Origin: an uncultured Methanomicrobiaceae archaeon
GTDB lineage: Archaea > Halobacteriota > Methanomicrobia > Methanomicrobiales > Methanoculleaceae
Direction: 5' to 3'
NCBI GenBank assembly: GCA_963826525.1
Contig: CAWGXH010000003.1
Location: 160,001-224,000 of the forward strand
DNA length: 64,000 nt
The notes below the pieces were generated by a model. The model worked only from the letters and a program-made list of their open reading frames with translations, searched no databases and had not been told where the DNA came from. Below, piece by piece: positions 21,761 to 32,784 of this stretch (position 1 is its first letter; every line of letters begins with the position of its first letter). The position numbers and the translations under genes were made by a program.

Positions 21761-22679
21761 ATGGCAGCAGAACCCGAGATCATCATTCCCCTCGATGTGC
21801 CGAGGCGAGGCACGGGAGACCTACCGGGAGAACTACCGGAGAATTACCCACGGGACCGGGAGACTGATGCTCTTTGCCGGAGACCAGAAGGTCGAGCATC
21901 TCAACGCCGATTTCTACGGGGAGGGGATATCCCCCGACGACGCCGACCCGGAGCATCTCTTCCGCATCGCAAAAAGAGCACGGATCGGTGTCTTTGCGAC
22001 CCAGCTCGGACTGATCGCCCGTTACGGCAGCGACTATGCGGATGTGCCCTACCTCGTCAAGCTCAACTCCAAGACCGACCTTGTGAAGACCGCTCAGCGC
22101 GACCCGCTGAGCTCGGAACTGCACCACGTCCAGCAGGTCGCAGACCTCCGCGACCGGAGCGGACTCGATATCCTCGGTGTCGGATACACCGTCTACCTCG
22201 GCAGCGACTACGAGGCCGTGATGCTCTACCAGGCGGCGCAGATCGTCTACCGGGCACACCAGCACGGGCTACTCACCGTACTCTGGATGTACCCCCGGGG
22301 AAGAGCGGTCAAGGATGAGAAGGATCCGCACCTGATCGCCGGAGCGGCAGGAGTTGCGGCGGCCGTCGGCGCCGACTTTGCGAAGGTGAACGCTCCGAAG
22401 AAAGACGGCGTATCCGACGCAAGCCTCTTGAAAGAGGCGACGCTTGCTGCGGGGCGGACGAAAGTCGTCTGTGCAGGCGGCTCCCGCACGGACGCTAAAT
22501 CGTTCCTGCAGCAGCTCCACGACCAGATTCACCTCGGCGGTGCGGCAGGGAACGCGACCGGACGGAACATCCATCAGCTGGATCTCGACGAAGCGGTCAG
22601 AATGTGCAACGCGATCTCCGCCATCACGCTTGACGATGCAAGCGCCGATGCGGCACTCGCGATCTACCAGGGGCGGTGA
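21761..22679 (+). CDS. Class I (DhnA-type) fructose-bisphosphate aldolase; indel near start
   Basis: IIIPLDVP, GRLMLFAGDQKVEHLN, YLVKLNSKT, VGYTVYLGS, VLWMYPRG, GADFAKV (Schiff-base Lys), GNATGRNIHQ. Confidence 0.88.
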
Positions 22680-22681
22680 CG

Positions 22682-23718
22682 ATGACGACGATAGGCGTAC
22701 TGACCGGCGGAGGCGACTGCCCGGGGCTGAACGCCGTCATCAGGGCGGTCGTCAGGACGCGGACTCCAAAACAACTTCGATACGCTCGGGATCCGCGACG
22801 GCTGGGCGGGGCTCGTCGAGGGCAACGTCGAACCGCTCACCGACTACTCGGTGATGGGCATCCTCCCGAAGGGCGGGACGATCCTCGGCACGTCGAGGAC
22901 GAATCCCTTCAAGAAAGATGCGGATCTCCAGCGTCTCAAGGACAATGTCAAAAAGTTCGGTATCGACGCGATCGTCGCGATCGGGGGCGAGGATACGCTC
23001 GGGGTGGCATCGAAACTCTCGGGCATGGGGATACCGGTCGTCGGTGTTCCGAAGACGATCGACAACGACGTCTCCGGGACGGACTATACCTTCGGCTTCG
23101 ATACGGCCGTCGCCATCGTGACCGAGGCCATCGACCGCCTGCATACGACCGCCGAGTCGCACCACCGGATCATGGTGGTCGAGGTGATGGGCCGGCACGC
23201 CGGGTGGATTGCGACGATGTCGGGGATTGCCGGCGGTGCGGACGAGATCCTCATCCCCGAGGTGCCGTTCGACCTCGACGAGGTCTGCAAACACCTCCGG
23301 GCACGGTACGAGAGCGGGAAACTCTTCAGCATCGTCGTCGTGGCCGAAGGAGCAAAACCGAGCGGTGGGGAGGGCGTCATCACCCAGTCCGCCAGGACGG
23401 ATGCGTTCGGGCACGCCCGGCTCGGCGGCGTCGGGAACTACCTCCGCGAAGAGCTTGAAGAGCGGCTCGGCATGGAGACCCGGGTGACCGTCCTCGGCCA
23501 CGTCCAGCGGGGAGGCTCCCCGACGGCCCACGACCGCGTTCTCGCCACCCGGTTCGGCGTCAAGGCGGTCGAACTTATCCGGGAGAAGAACTTCGGGAAG
23601 ATGGTTGCCCTGCACGGGGACGCCATTGTGGCGGTTCCGATAGAGGAGGCGGTCGCCACGCTTAAAGACCGTCGATATGGATCTCTACGACCTCTCGAAG
23701 ATCTTCTTCGGGGGATAG
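22682..23718 (+). CDS. pfkA: PfkA-family 6-phosphofructokinase with PPi-type signature; frameshifted
   Basis: IGVLTGGGDCPGLNAVIRAV, GGTILGTSR, IGGEDT, PKTIDND, EVMGRHAGW, LGHVQRGGSPTAHDR. Confidence 0.92.
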
Positions 23719-23791
23719 CGTATCTTCCGCGAGGGGGGATCAGCCCCCCTCCTTTCCGGTCTTTCGCGGCTGCTGTCGAACCGGGTATTCG

Positions 23792-24440
23792 TCAGTCGAT
23801 CAGGAGGAGCGCCATCGGCTCCGGATGATCCGTGCAGGGGAATGTGATCGGCATCCCGGCGAGCTCCGCGGTCTTCTTCATATTGATCCCGACGGCATGC
23901 TCGGGTATTCGGGCCATGGTCGGATGGACGCAGATGCCTCCTTTTACATTGCAGGTCTCGCAGAGCCGGCACGAGCCATTGACAAGAGCGAGCGCCAGCG
24001 TGTATCCGGCGTTGAACGCGGTCTTCTCGAGTTCCAGCATGACCGGCAGGATCTCCCGGCTCCCGGAGAAGTAATCCTTCCAGAACTGCTCTGCCTTCTC
24101 CTTCTTCTCCGGAGGGGCATCCGGGTCGAGCCAGTACTTGTAGATCGAACGTACCGATATCGGGATCAGCCTCCGCATCCGACCGGAACTTCACGAGCAG
24201 GACGTATCGGTACTCCCCCAGGATCTTCCGGAACTCATCCGGCGTCGGGACATACGGCGGGCATGTCAGTTTCTTCCCGTAGGCGATGCACCCTGATCTG
24301 CACTTGAGGGGGACGCGGTTCTCCACAATCACATCTGACGCCGGAATAATCCGGGCATCCTTTGCGCCCAGCGTGAAGGCTGTCTGCCGGATGAACTCGA
24401 ACTCACCGGTTTCATTCGTGTAAAAGGTCATTATCATCAA
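23792..24440 (-). CDS. DUF2284-family metal-binding protein, frameshifted
   Basis: VIVENRVPLKCRSGC..YG..LTCPPY.P, LEKTAF..GY, GSCRLCETC...CVHP.MAR...A.GI. Confidence 0.8.
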
Positions 24441-24969
24441 GTCCGTCCGTTCGGGGATTTTATCGTATCATTATTCCCCATCCTCCGGCAAATAATATCT
24501 CTGCCGGCGACCCGTTCTTCTGTTTCTCTCGATGAGCCTCGGAGGTAACTCCCCGTTCAGAGAGACTCCAATATCCTGTATTCTCCGAGCCTATCCCCAA
24601 AATGTGTCCGGTACCTGACGATTGACCGGATCGAAGCACTCTCACGTAATCAATCCGTGAAAAAGACTCACTCTAGACCGGATCGCGAGCAAGGCCAATC
24701 TCCGGCTATCGCATCGTGGGGGAGGGTGCGGGAGGGGGCCAGCCCCTCCTGCAAAAGAGTATTGGGACGTCCTCTCTGTTTCGGTTCCTTATCGATCCCG
24801 AACAATCACTTTTTAACCGTGCCGCCACCACAGGGCTTAATACCCTCAGGAGACTGTTAGCCTCTTCTGGAGGAAGCTGTTCTGGCCGACATATGGAACT
24901 CCGGGTTCTTCAGGCGCTCCCGCCACGGGCTCTCGTTTATCAGGGAGATTCTCCGCTCTCCTGCCGAGG

Positions 24970-26788
24970 GTGACCGGGGGCTTAAAGCCGCGGATTCTCG
25001 TCTTCTTCCTGCGCTACGCCCGGCCGCTCTGGAAAATCGGCCTTCTCGGCCTTCTGGCAACGGTCGTTGTCGCGGGCCTAAAGACGCTCATCCCGCTCTC
25101 GAGCAAATTCTTCATCGATACCATTCTCCCCGGCGACGCCGGAACCGGAGGCGGGGGGACGCTCTCGTCGCTGCTCCCGGAGGGACTTGCAAGCCCGGCG
25201 GCTCTTGCCCTCGGGTCGCTCACCGGGCTTGCGGTAGCGCTGCTCCTGGTCGGCATCGTTACGGGCGGCATGGACGTCGTCCGGAACTACCTCATCGCCC
25301 AGTTCCGGGAGCGGTTCTCGTTCAATCTCCAGACCGATCTCTTCGACCATGTACTCCGGTTCCCGCTCTCCTACTTCAAATCGCAGCAGACCGGCTATGT
25401 GATGTCGCGGATCTCCGACGACGTGCAGATCCTGCAGTATATCTTCTCCCAATTTCTCCCGAATATGGTCTCGAACACCTTGTACGTGGCGTTCTCCGTC
25501 ATCATCCTCTTCACCCTGAGCTCCCGGTTGACCCTGGTCGTGATCGCTTTTGTCCCGCTCTTTCTGCTGGTGAATGCGCTCTTCATCAGCCGCATCAGAG
25601 CGGCGACCTACCGCGAACGGGAACGGCAGGCGTACGTCTCGCGCGATCTGCAGGAGGTGCTCGCCGGCATCGATACCGTCAAGACCTATGCGGCGGAAGA
25701 CCGCGAGGTCGGCCGGATCTCGCACACCTTGCGGAGCGTCATCAATACCCGGATCCGGAATACCATGCTCGCGGCGTTCTCGGAGTACGTCCGGCTTACC
25801 GTTCAGTTTCTCATGCTCATCGCGGTCTTCTGGTTCGGCGGAACCGAAGTGCTCGCGGGACGGATGACGCGCCGGGGATTTCGTAGCGTTCATCGTCTAC
25901 ATCGCTACCTTTGCCGCATCGGTGAATACGTTCTTCTCGTTTCCGGTCGTCCTCCAGCCTGCCCTCACCTCGGCGGGGCGGCTCCGGGAGATCTTCGGGC
26001 TGGACACCGAGTACGAGCAGGGTGCTCTCCTCATCCCCGGGAGTGTCGAGGGGCGGATCACCCTCTCCGACGTAACCTTCGGTTATACGGACGGCGCACC
26101 GGTGCTCCGAAACGTCAGTCTCACCATCCACCCGGGCGATGTAGTAGCCGTCGTCGGCAGAACCGGAGCCGGGAAGACCACCCTCGTCCACCTGCTCCTG
26201 AAGGCTTTTGTGCCGCAGTCGGGGACCATCACCCTCGACTCCACCGATATCAGCCTCATCGACTCGCGGTGGCTGCGGCGTCAGATCTCGATCGTTTCAC
26301 AGGACCTCTTCCTCTTCCACACGACGATCGAGGATAACATCCGCTACAGCAGGCCGGAGGCCACCAGGGACGAGGTGATCGAGGCGGCGAGGAAAGCCCG
26401 TATCCACGACGATATCGTGCGTTTTCCGGAAGGCTACGAGACCGTCGTCGGAGAACGCGGCACACGGCTCTCGGTCGGCCAGCGCCAGCGGATCGCCATC
26501 GCCCGGGCATTCCTCAAGGATGCCCCGATTCTCATCCTCGACGAGCCTACCTCGGCCCTTGACAGGGAGACCGAACGCGAACTGCAGGAGACGCTGCGCA
26601 CGCTCGTTCGCCGCCGGACGACGATCATCATATCGCACCGTCTCTCGCTGCTCTCGATCGCAGACCGGGTGCTCTCGATCGAGAACGGCCTTGTGCGTGA
26701 GGTAAAGCCCGGCTGCGTTCACTCCGGTGATGCGATCGGTGGCAGCGCTCCGGATCGCGGAATACCGGCCGGCGCGTATAACCTGTGA
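24970..26788 (+). CDS. ABC exporter (TMD+NBD fusion), frameshifted near 25870
   Basis: TM domain followed by Walker A GRTGAGKT, LSVGQRQRIAIARA, ILDEPTSALD, ISHR. Confidence 0.92.
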
Positions 26789-26825
26789 AATATCATTTAT
26801 ATGGGTGCAGGGCCAGAATACGTGC

Positions 26826-27543
26826 ATGGAATATGCCACGGGCTGCCTGGTCTGCGGCCGGGACCTCGTTTACCTGGACGAGCCGCGCCGGACGACGTGC
26901 CTGTACCTGTGGCGAGGCGGAAGACGCCGCGGTTGCCTGCCCCGAGGGGCACTTCGTCTGCGATCGCTGCCACAGCCTCTCCGCACTCGACCTGATCGAG
27001 CAGTTCTGCAACCGGACGACCGATACCGATCCGCTCGCGATCGCCTGCACGCTGATGCAGAGTCCGGCGGTCAAGATGCACGGGCCCGAACACCATTTTC
27101 TCGTTCCTGCCGTGCTCCTTGCGGCGTACTACAACTTCACGAACGAGCCGGAGATGAAAGCGAAGACGCTCGGGATCGCGAGAAGTCGGGCACAGGCCGT
27201 GAAAGGCGGGTTCTGCGGGACGCATGGAACCTGCGGTGCCGCCATGGGAACCGGCATCTTCGTAAGCCTGATCACCGGTGCAACGCCGGCGAAACAGAAA
27301 GAGTGGTCGCTTGCCAATCAGATGACCGCACGGAGTCTGATGACGATCGCCCGGCACGGAGGGCCGCGGTGCTGCAAGCGGAATTCGTGGCTTGCGATAA
27401 CGACGGCGGTCACCTTTCTCCGGGAGCGATTCGCCATCGACCTGCCGGTCAGGACGACAGTCCGGTGTTCATTCTCTGCGATCAACCGCGAATGTCTCGG
27501 TGAGGCCTGTCCGTTCAATCCTGCCGCGGGGCGGGGGATTTGA
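26826..27543 (+). CDS. DUF5714-type Cys-rich protein, frameshifted near 26910
   Basis: CLVCG..L.Y, CPEGHFVCDRCH, MHGPEHHFLVP, GGFCG..G.CGA, GGPRCCKR, NREC....CPF. Confidence 0.75.
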
Positions 27544-27562
27544 GGATGAGCGGTCCGGCCGG

Positions 27563-27754
27563 TCATTCGACCGGATACCCGGCTTTTCGCATCACAAAGG
27601 CGATCGCGTAGTACGCGACGACGACTCCGGCAAAGGTTGCTGCAAGAGAGGTGATGCTGCCCGGCCAGACTGCCGATGCCCATGAACCGAACGCAAAACC
27701 GATGAACACCGAGAGAAAGAGGACGATGATGTTTATTCTATCCGATAACGGCAT
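27563..27754 (-). CDS. Small two-TM membrane protein
   Basis: 63-aa hydrophobic ORF. Confidence 0.5.
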   Translation of the reverse strand: MPLSDRINIIVLFLSVFIGFAFGSWASAVWPGSITSLAATFAGVVVAYYAIAFVMRKAGYPVE

Positions 27755-27916
27755 TGCGTATCCCGGACACAGTGTAGATCGCCGGAGGGTATCAGTCTTC
27801 TCTTCTCTCGTGAAGGGCTGACCGCGGCAGCGGATCGATCGGTCTGCCTGCGCATGTTTCTTCCGGAGCTTTCGATATCAACCTTTTTCCGCCTCCTCAT
27901 GCGAGATAATACTGAC

Positions 27917-28615
27917 ATGTTCCTCGCGTGCCACCTCTTCATCGGCGTGCTGATCGGCCTTGCGCTCGCCGATAGGTTCCGGAGCCGGGGGCTTCTCCTC
28001 GTCGCCGCCGCAGGCGCGCTCCTCCCCGATCTCATCGACAAACCGCTCGGACATCTGCTTCTCGCCGACTCGATCGACGACGGACGTATCTACATGCACG
28101 GCCTTTTCATCGTTCTCTTCCTCCTCCTCGCAGGGGTTCTGCTCCGGCGAAAGAGGCGGTCTTTTGTTCTGGTCGCCCTCTCGCTCGGCATCCTCTCCCA
28201 CCAGATCCTCGATACCATGTGGGAGGTCCCCGTCAGCTGGTTCTATCCGCTCTTTGGGCCATACCTGGCGGGAGACTTCCCTGACTTCTTTGCGTTCGCT
28301 CTCTCCGGCGAGCTCGGCTCCCTCTCCGAGTGGGTCTTTGGGATCGTCTCGGCTATCCTCCTGGTGCTCGCCTACCGGAGCACGGTGGAGCTCCGACTCG
28401 GGTCATGGGCGGTTGCCGCCGCCCGGAGGGCGGTTCCCCTGGTCGTTCCGCTTCTTGTGGCACTCGGGTGCGCTGCTCTGTACCTTCTCGTGACCGGCGG
28501 AACGAGTGAGATCCTCATGGCCGGCGATACCCCGGAGGCGAACCTCATCCTGACGGCCGTCGGTCTCGGCGGTGCGGTTCTGCTCCGGCGGCACCCCGCT
28601 AGGGTATTCTCGTGA
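27917..28615 (+). CDS. YdjM-like membrane-bound metal-dependent hydrolase
   Basis: H..IG, GALLPDLIDKP, GRIYMH, SHQILD motifs. Confidence 0.85.
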   Translation: MFLACHLFIGVLIGLALADRFRSRGLLLVAAAGALLPDLIDKPLGHLLLADSIDDGRIYMHGLFIVLFLLLAGVLLRRKRRSFVLVALSLGILSHQILDTMWEVPVSWFYPLFGPYLAGDFPDFFAFALSGELGSLSEWVFGIVSAILLVLAYRSTVELRLGSWAVAAARRAVPLVVPLLVALGCAALYLLVTGGTSEILMAGDTPEANLILTAVGLGGAVLLRRHPARVFS

Positions 28616-29186
28616 CGGGATCGATGCAGGACGGCAGACGTTTCTCCACGCGGAGAGCGGTGGCACCGGCAGGTTTTATCTCGACGGTAAACTCCCCGTA
28701 GGCGACGAGGTCGCCGACGTTCGCCGGTAAAATGTAGATGTAAAACTCTTCTCCCGGCTCGAGCAGGCTGTCCCCGTCGTCGTTGAAGGTCTCCGGAACA
28801 CTCCACCGGCCTAAGCCGGCAGGCGGCGTCGTGTGCATCAACGGCTCCGCCGGCGTCAGATCACCCTTATGGTTCCGGCTGACGAACCGGACGGACGCCG
28901 TGCTGATATCGACGACCCCTCCCCCTGCAGCGAGGCTGATCGGGATACGGATTCCCTGCAGCCGGGTCTGATCCTGGCTGAAACCGTACAGCGATCCCGT
29001 AACTTTCAGGCTCGAGCTCGCCTGTTGCACCTCGGCGTGCACGGTCTGCTGCGTCTTCTGGATGGCAGTAAATCCGGTACCGAGCACCATGTAGGAGAAG
29101 ACCGAAGCGACCACGACGAAGGCAATGAGGACGATGGCGGCTTCAAGCCCGGTGAAGCCGTCGTCCCGATCGCGCATCTCTGTCAT
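28599..29186 (-). CDS. Archaellin (FlaB/ArlB-like)
   Basis: Class III signal RDDG|FTGLEAAIVLIAFVVVASVFSY.VLGTGF; DGDSLLEPGE; FTVEIKP..G..L. Confidence 0.88.
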   Translation of the reverse strand: MTEMRDRDDGFTGLEAAIVLIAFVVVASVFSYMVLGTGFTAIQKTQQTVHAEVQQASSSLKVTGSLYGFSQDQTRLQGIRIPISLAAGGGVVDISTASVRFVSRNHKGDLTPAEPLMHTTPPAGLGRWSVPETFNDDGDSLLEPGEEFYIYILPANVGDLVAYGEFTVEIKPAGATALRVEKRLPSCIDPVTRIP

Positions 29187-29194
29187 CCTCCGGT

Positions 29195-29803
29195 TCAGAT
29201 CAGTTCGTAGTGGTCGTTCGCCGTGATATCGGGCGGTGCTGTACGCGTCAGTGCAAGGGCAACTCCCGTATCGGGGATGATCTCGGCGGTGAAGGTATCT
29301 CCTTCCGCGATATCCGCGGCACGCAGATCGAGCGTGACGGCGACGAGCTCGCCCGCCTCGAGGATAGTGTCGGTATCTCTGCGGTATCGCCATGCCACCT
29401 CTTTGATCTGCGGATCGCCGGGCGGAATTGTCAGGAGAACGTCGTGAAGCGCTATCCGGTAGGATACCCGGGTCATATCGACGCCGGTCCCTTCGCTGGC
29501 CGTTTCGAGGGTAACCTCGACATAGCGGAGCTTCCCATCGTTCTGATCGCCCTGGCAGAGTACCGTCCCGCCGAGTGCGAGCGCGTTCCCGGACTGGTCG
29601 ATGCCGGCGTGAATAACCTCCTGGCTCTTCTGGGTGGCAAAAAAACCGCTTCCGAGGACGACGAAGGAAAAAACCGCGGCGACGACGATAAAAGCGATGA
29701 GGATTATCGCCGCCTCGAGGCCCGTGAAGGCGTCGTCACCGATCTCTGCCCTTGCCGGGAATCTCTGTCGTTTCCGTCGGGTTCCCGGAGGAAGAGCGTG
29801 CAT
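29195..29803 (-). CDS. Archaellin (FlaB/ArlB-like)
   Basis: DDA|FTGLEAAIILIAFIVVAAVFSFVVLGSGFFATQKSQEVIHAG; DTILEAGE; FTAEIIP..G. Confidence 0.88.
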   Translation of the reverse strand: MHALPPGTRRKRQRFPARAEIGDDAFTGLEAAIILIAFIVVAAVFSFVVLGSGFFATQKSQEVIHAGIDQSGNALALGGTVLCQGDQNDGKLRYVEVTLETASEGTGVDMTRVSYRIALHDVLLTIPPGDPQIKEVAWRYRRDTDTILEAGELVAVTLDLRAADIAEGDTFTAEIIPDTGVALALTRTAPPDITANDHYELI

Positions 29804-29811
29804 GGTTCGTC

Positions 29812-30789
29812 TCACCGCCGGAGGATGAAGACCAGGAGCACTCCGGCGAGTGCGAGCCAGATCGAGAACCCGGGTGCGGCGGTGCTCGCCGAAGTCGTCG
29901 GGCTCGCGGTTGAGCCTGTCGTCGTTGCTGTGCTCGCTGTCACCGCCGTCGGAGTGGGTTCATCCGTCGCTCCGGATGCTGCAACGTACACGTCTGTCGG
30001 TTCGGGCGTTGCCGCGGGGCTACCCGATACCGTACCAAGGGCGACGATGGTGACGAACGTCTGCTGTGCAAGGTCGGTGATCGTCGCCGGTGGTACGGTG
30101 CAGGCTACCGTGTTCGGGCTCTCCGAAAGGGCATAGTCAATACTCCCTGTCTCGAGATACTCGATGAGTGCTGCGACTTCTCCGGTCACCGCGATCGGTA
30201 TCGTCCCGGTAGCGCTCGTGCGATCCATTCTCTCACGGAGGCTCTTCGTGACGAGCGCTACGTGCGGCGTCGCCGTCGGTTCCGGGTCGTTTCCGCCGCT
30301 TTCAGGGACGGGCGTCGGGGTTCCGGCAATATTCACCTGCCCGCTCCGGAGAGAGGCCTCAATCTGTGCTCCGGCGGGCGTGGCATCGGTTAGGGTGGCC
30401 GATACAATCCTGAGCGGCGTGGAGGAACCCGCAGCCCCGACCGCCACGATCGCGATCTCGCAGACCGTTGCCGTCCCCGCAAGCCCGGCATTCTGGATCT
30501 GGAAAGCACCGATCCGGGCAGTCCCAAACGTGTTGTTGTAGTTGGAAAGGGGTCCGGTATCGAAACCCCCGCCGCTCACGCCGGTCACGTGCATGACCGC
30601 AGGATCGTAAGCGAGGTCGAGTGCGATCGTTCCGAGGTCCGTCACATCGCTGACGGTAACTCTCGTGATCGCCGTCTCACCCGGGGTAAGGGTGATATCC
30701 TGAATCGAGACTGTCGGAAGTGCCTGCACCGCACCTGTTGCGTATGCCAGGCAGACGAGAATAATTATCCATTGCCATCTCTTCATCAT
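29812..30789 (-). CDS. Cohesin-domain surface protein with PGF-CTERM anchor
   Basis: Signal peptide; cohesin (VTVSDVTDLGTIALDLAYDPAVMHVTGV...NNTFGTARIG...GTATVCEI...G.S.PL); Thr-rich linker; APGF + TM + RR. Confidence 0.85.
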   Translation of the reverse strand: MMKRWQWIIILVCLAYATGAVQALPTVSIQDITLTPGETAITRVTVSDVTDLGTIALDLAYDPAVMHVTGVSGGGFDTGPLSNYNNTFGTARIGAFQIQNAGLAGTATVCEIAIVAVGAAGSSTPLRIVSATLTDATPAGAQIEASLRSGQVNIAGTPTPVPESGGNDPEPTATPHVALVTKSLRERMDRTSATGTIPIAVTGEVAALIEYLETGSIDYALSESPNTVACTVPPATITDLAQQTFVTIVALGTVSGSPAATPEPTDVYVAASGATDEPTPTAVTASTATTTGSTASPTTSASTAAPGFSIWLALAGVLLVFILRR

Positions 30790-30802
30790 GTTTCACCAGA
30801 GA

Positions 30803-32539
30803 TCAGTGCAGTTCCAGAAAGCCCGGTATGCCGAGTACGTGCTTCGCCAGGTACATGGCGTCGGGCATGCCGATCGTCCCGTCATTCGTGACGTCGGCTA
30901 TGTTCGTATCGATATTTTCGTATCCTGCGGTTTCGAGGATATGCCGTGCGGTATACAGGGCGTCGTAGAGGGAGACCCGGTTGTCTCTATTGACGTCACC
31001 GTTCCTGATCACCAGCAGCGGGATCGCACCCGAGGTATTCTCGCAGCCATAGATGTCGGTGGCCGTGAGGGCAAGGAGGAACGGCTGGTATACTCCGTCC
31101 GTGTAGGGTGAGGCTACGCTGCTCGAGACGTTCAGCACCCATGTCGTCTCCGTGCTCCGGTTCATCGCTGCTGCGGGTGATCCGCCGAGCGGGGAGAGAT
31201 CGATCGTGACGGTTGCGATCGGATTGTCGCCGGTGACGGTGGCCGTCAGTGTCGTGGTCTCGCCGATGCCCGGACTGCCGCCGCCGAGGCTCGGAATGGA
31301 TGCCGGCATCACCGTGCTCTCCATAAGGGTGATAACCGACCGGCTAACGACCGCTTCGAAGGCGTCCACCCTGCCGTAGCCGTAGTACGAGTCCCTTCCT
31401 GCCGTGCCGAGATCGTCGGCCGTGTCCGCGAGGAGGGAGCGTATCTCGGCGTTCGTCATGTCAGGATAGCGGGACTTTATGAGGGCGGAGACGCCTGCGA
31501 CGAAGGGGGTTGCCATCGACGTCCCCGAGGAGTTTTTATACTGCCCCCCTAGCCAGGTCGAGTAGATCCCTCTGCCCGGTGCAACCAGTTCCTGCTGGCT
31601 GCCGTAATTACTGAAAGTCGCTGAGTACATTATTCGAATCAAGAGAACCGACCGCTATCACCGTATCGAAGGCGGCCGGATAGAGGACGGGCTTGCGATA
31701 CCCGTTTCCCGAGGCCGCGACGACGAGGCACCCGTTATCCCATGCATACTGGCAGGCCTCCTGCAGGGTGGTGGATGGGTCGGCACTCGCCGAGGCTGAG
31801 GCTGATGATATCCGCACCGTTGTCGACGGCGTGGATGATACCGTTCGCAACGGCGGATGTGCTCCCACTACCTTCTGCATTGAGCACTTTCTCGGCAAGA
31901 ATACTGACCTGTGCGATGCCGGCGACACCGGCGCTGTTGTTGATTGCCGCGGCGGCGATACCGGCGCAGTGGGTGCCGTGCCCGTTATCGTCCCGGGGAT
32001 CGGCATCGCCGTTCACCCAGTCATACCCGCCGGAGAGGTAGTTTGCCGCAAGGTCGGGGTGGGTATAGTCGACTCCGGTGTCCACGATGGCGATGATGAC
32101 GCTCGCGTCGCCCTGCTCCAGGTTCCATGCGTCGTCGGCCCCGATGGCGGCAGGGCCCCACTGGAGGGAATAGTAGGGATCGTTCGGGAGGAACGCCGCC
32201 GGAGTGCAGGCATACACGGGGTAGTCCGGCTCGACGAACGCCACGTCGTCCCGGGCCGCCATCTCGGCGATGAACCGGCCGGTATCGTTCACGGAATAGA
32301 CGACGGCATTCAGCGGTTCGCAGGTTTCGACCACTGCCGCACCGGCGATCTCTTCGGATACCGGATCGGCAGCAGGGCGCCGCTGCAACCTGCATGCGCA
32401 CCGGGGACGGAGTTTTGTAGCCGACGATCACGCGCCCGTGAGTTGCCTCGTCGATGGATGCTGCCGCAACGGCAACGGGTATCAGGAGTATCCCTGCAAG
32501 GAATGAAAAGGTCAGTAATCGCTGTATATGGTTGTCCAT
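30803..32539 (-). CDS. Secreted S8 subtilase with C-terminal dockerin; multiple frameshifts
   Basis: Triad AIVDTGVD / [11 protein letters not shown] / [12 protein letters not shown]; oxyanion AASGN; dockerin [16 protein letters not shown]...[17 protein letters not shown]. Confidence 0.88.
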
Positions 32540-32784
32540 CGCTCTGTTCCCGTTCCGGTCGTTGACATAGTGTCTTTTTGGGTAGGGTATATATAATTGT
32601 TCCTTCGGGATACAAGCAGGGAAACTCTGGTATTTTAAAAAATGCGGTATCTTCCCCGGGTGCAGGTGATTTACCCCGATGACCTGCCGCATCAAAAGCG
32701 GTATCTTCAGAAAGGATCGGCGGCCCGTGGTGCGCCCTGAAAAATGAGGTGGGGATGAGGATCTTCCCGGTTCTTATCGGACGA

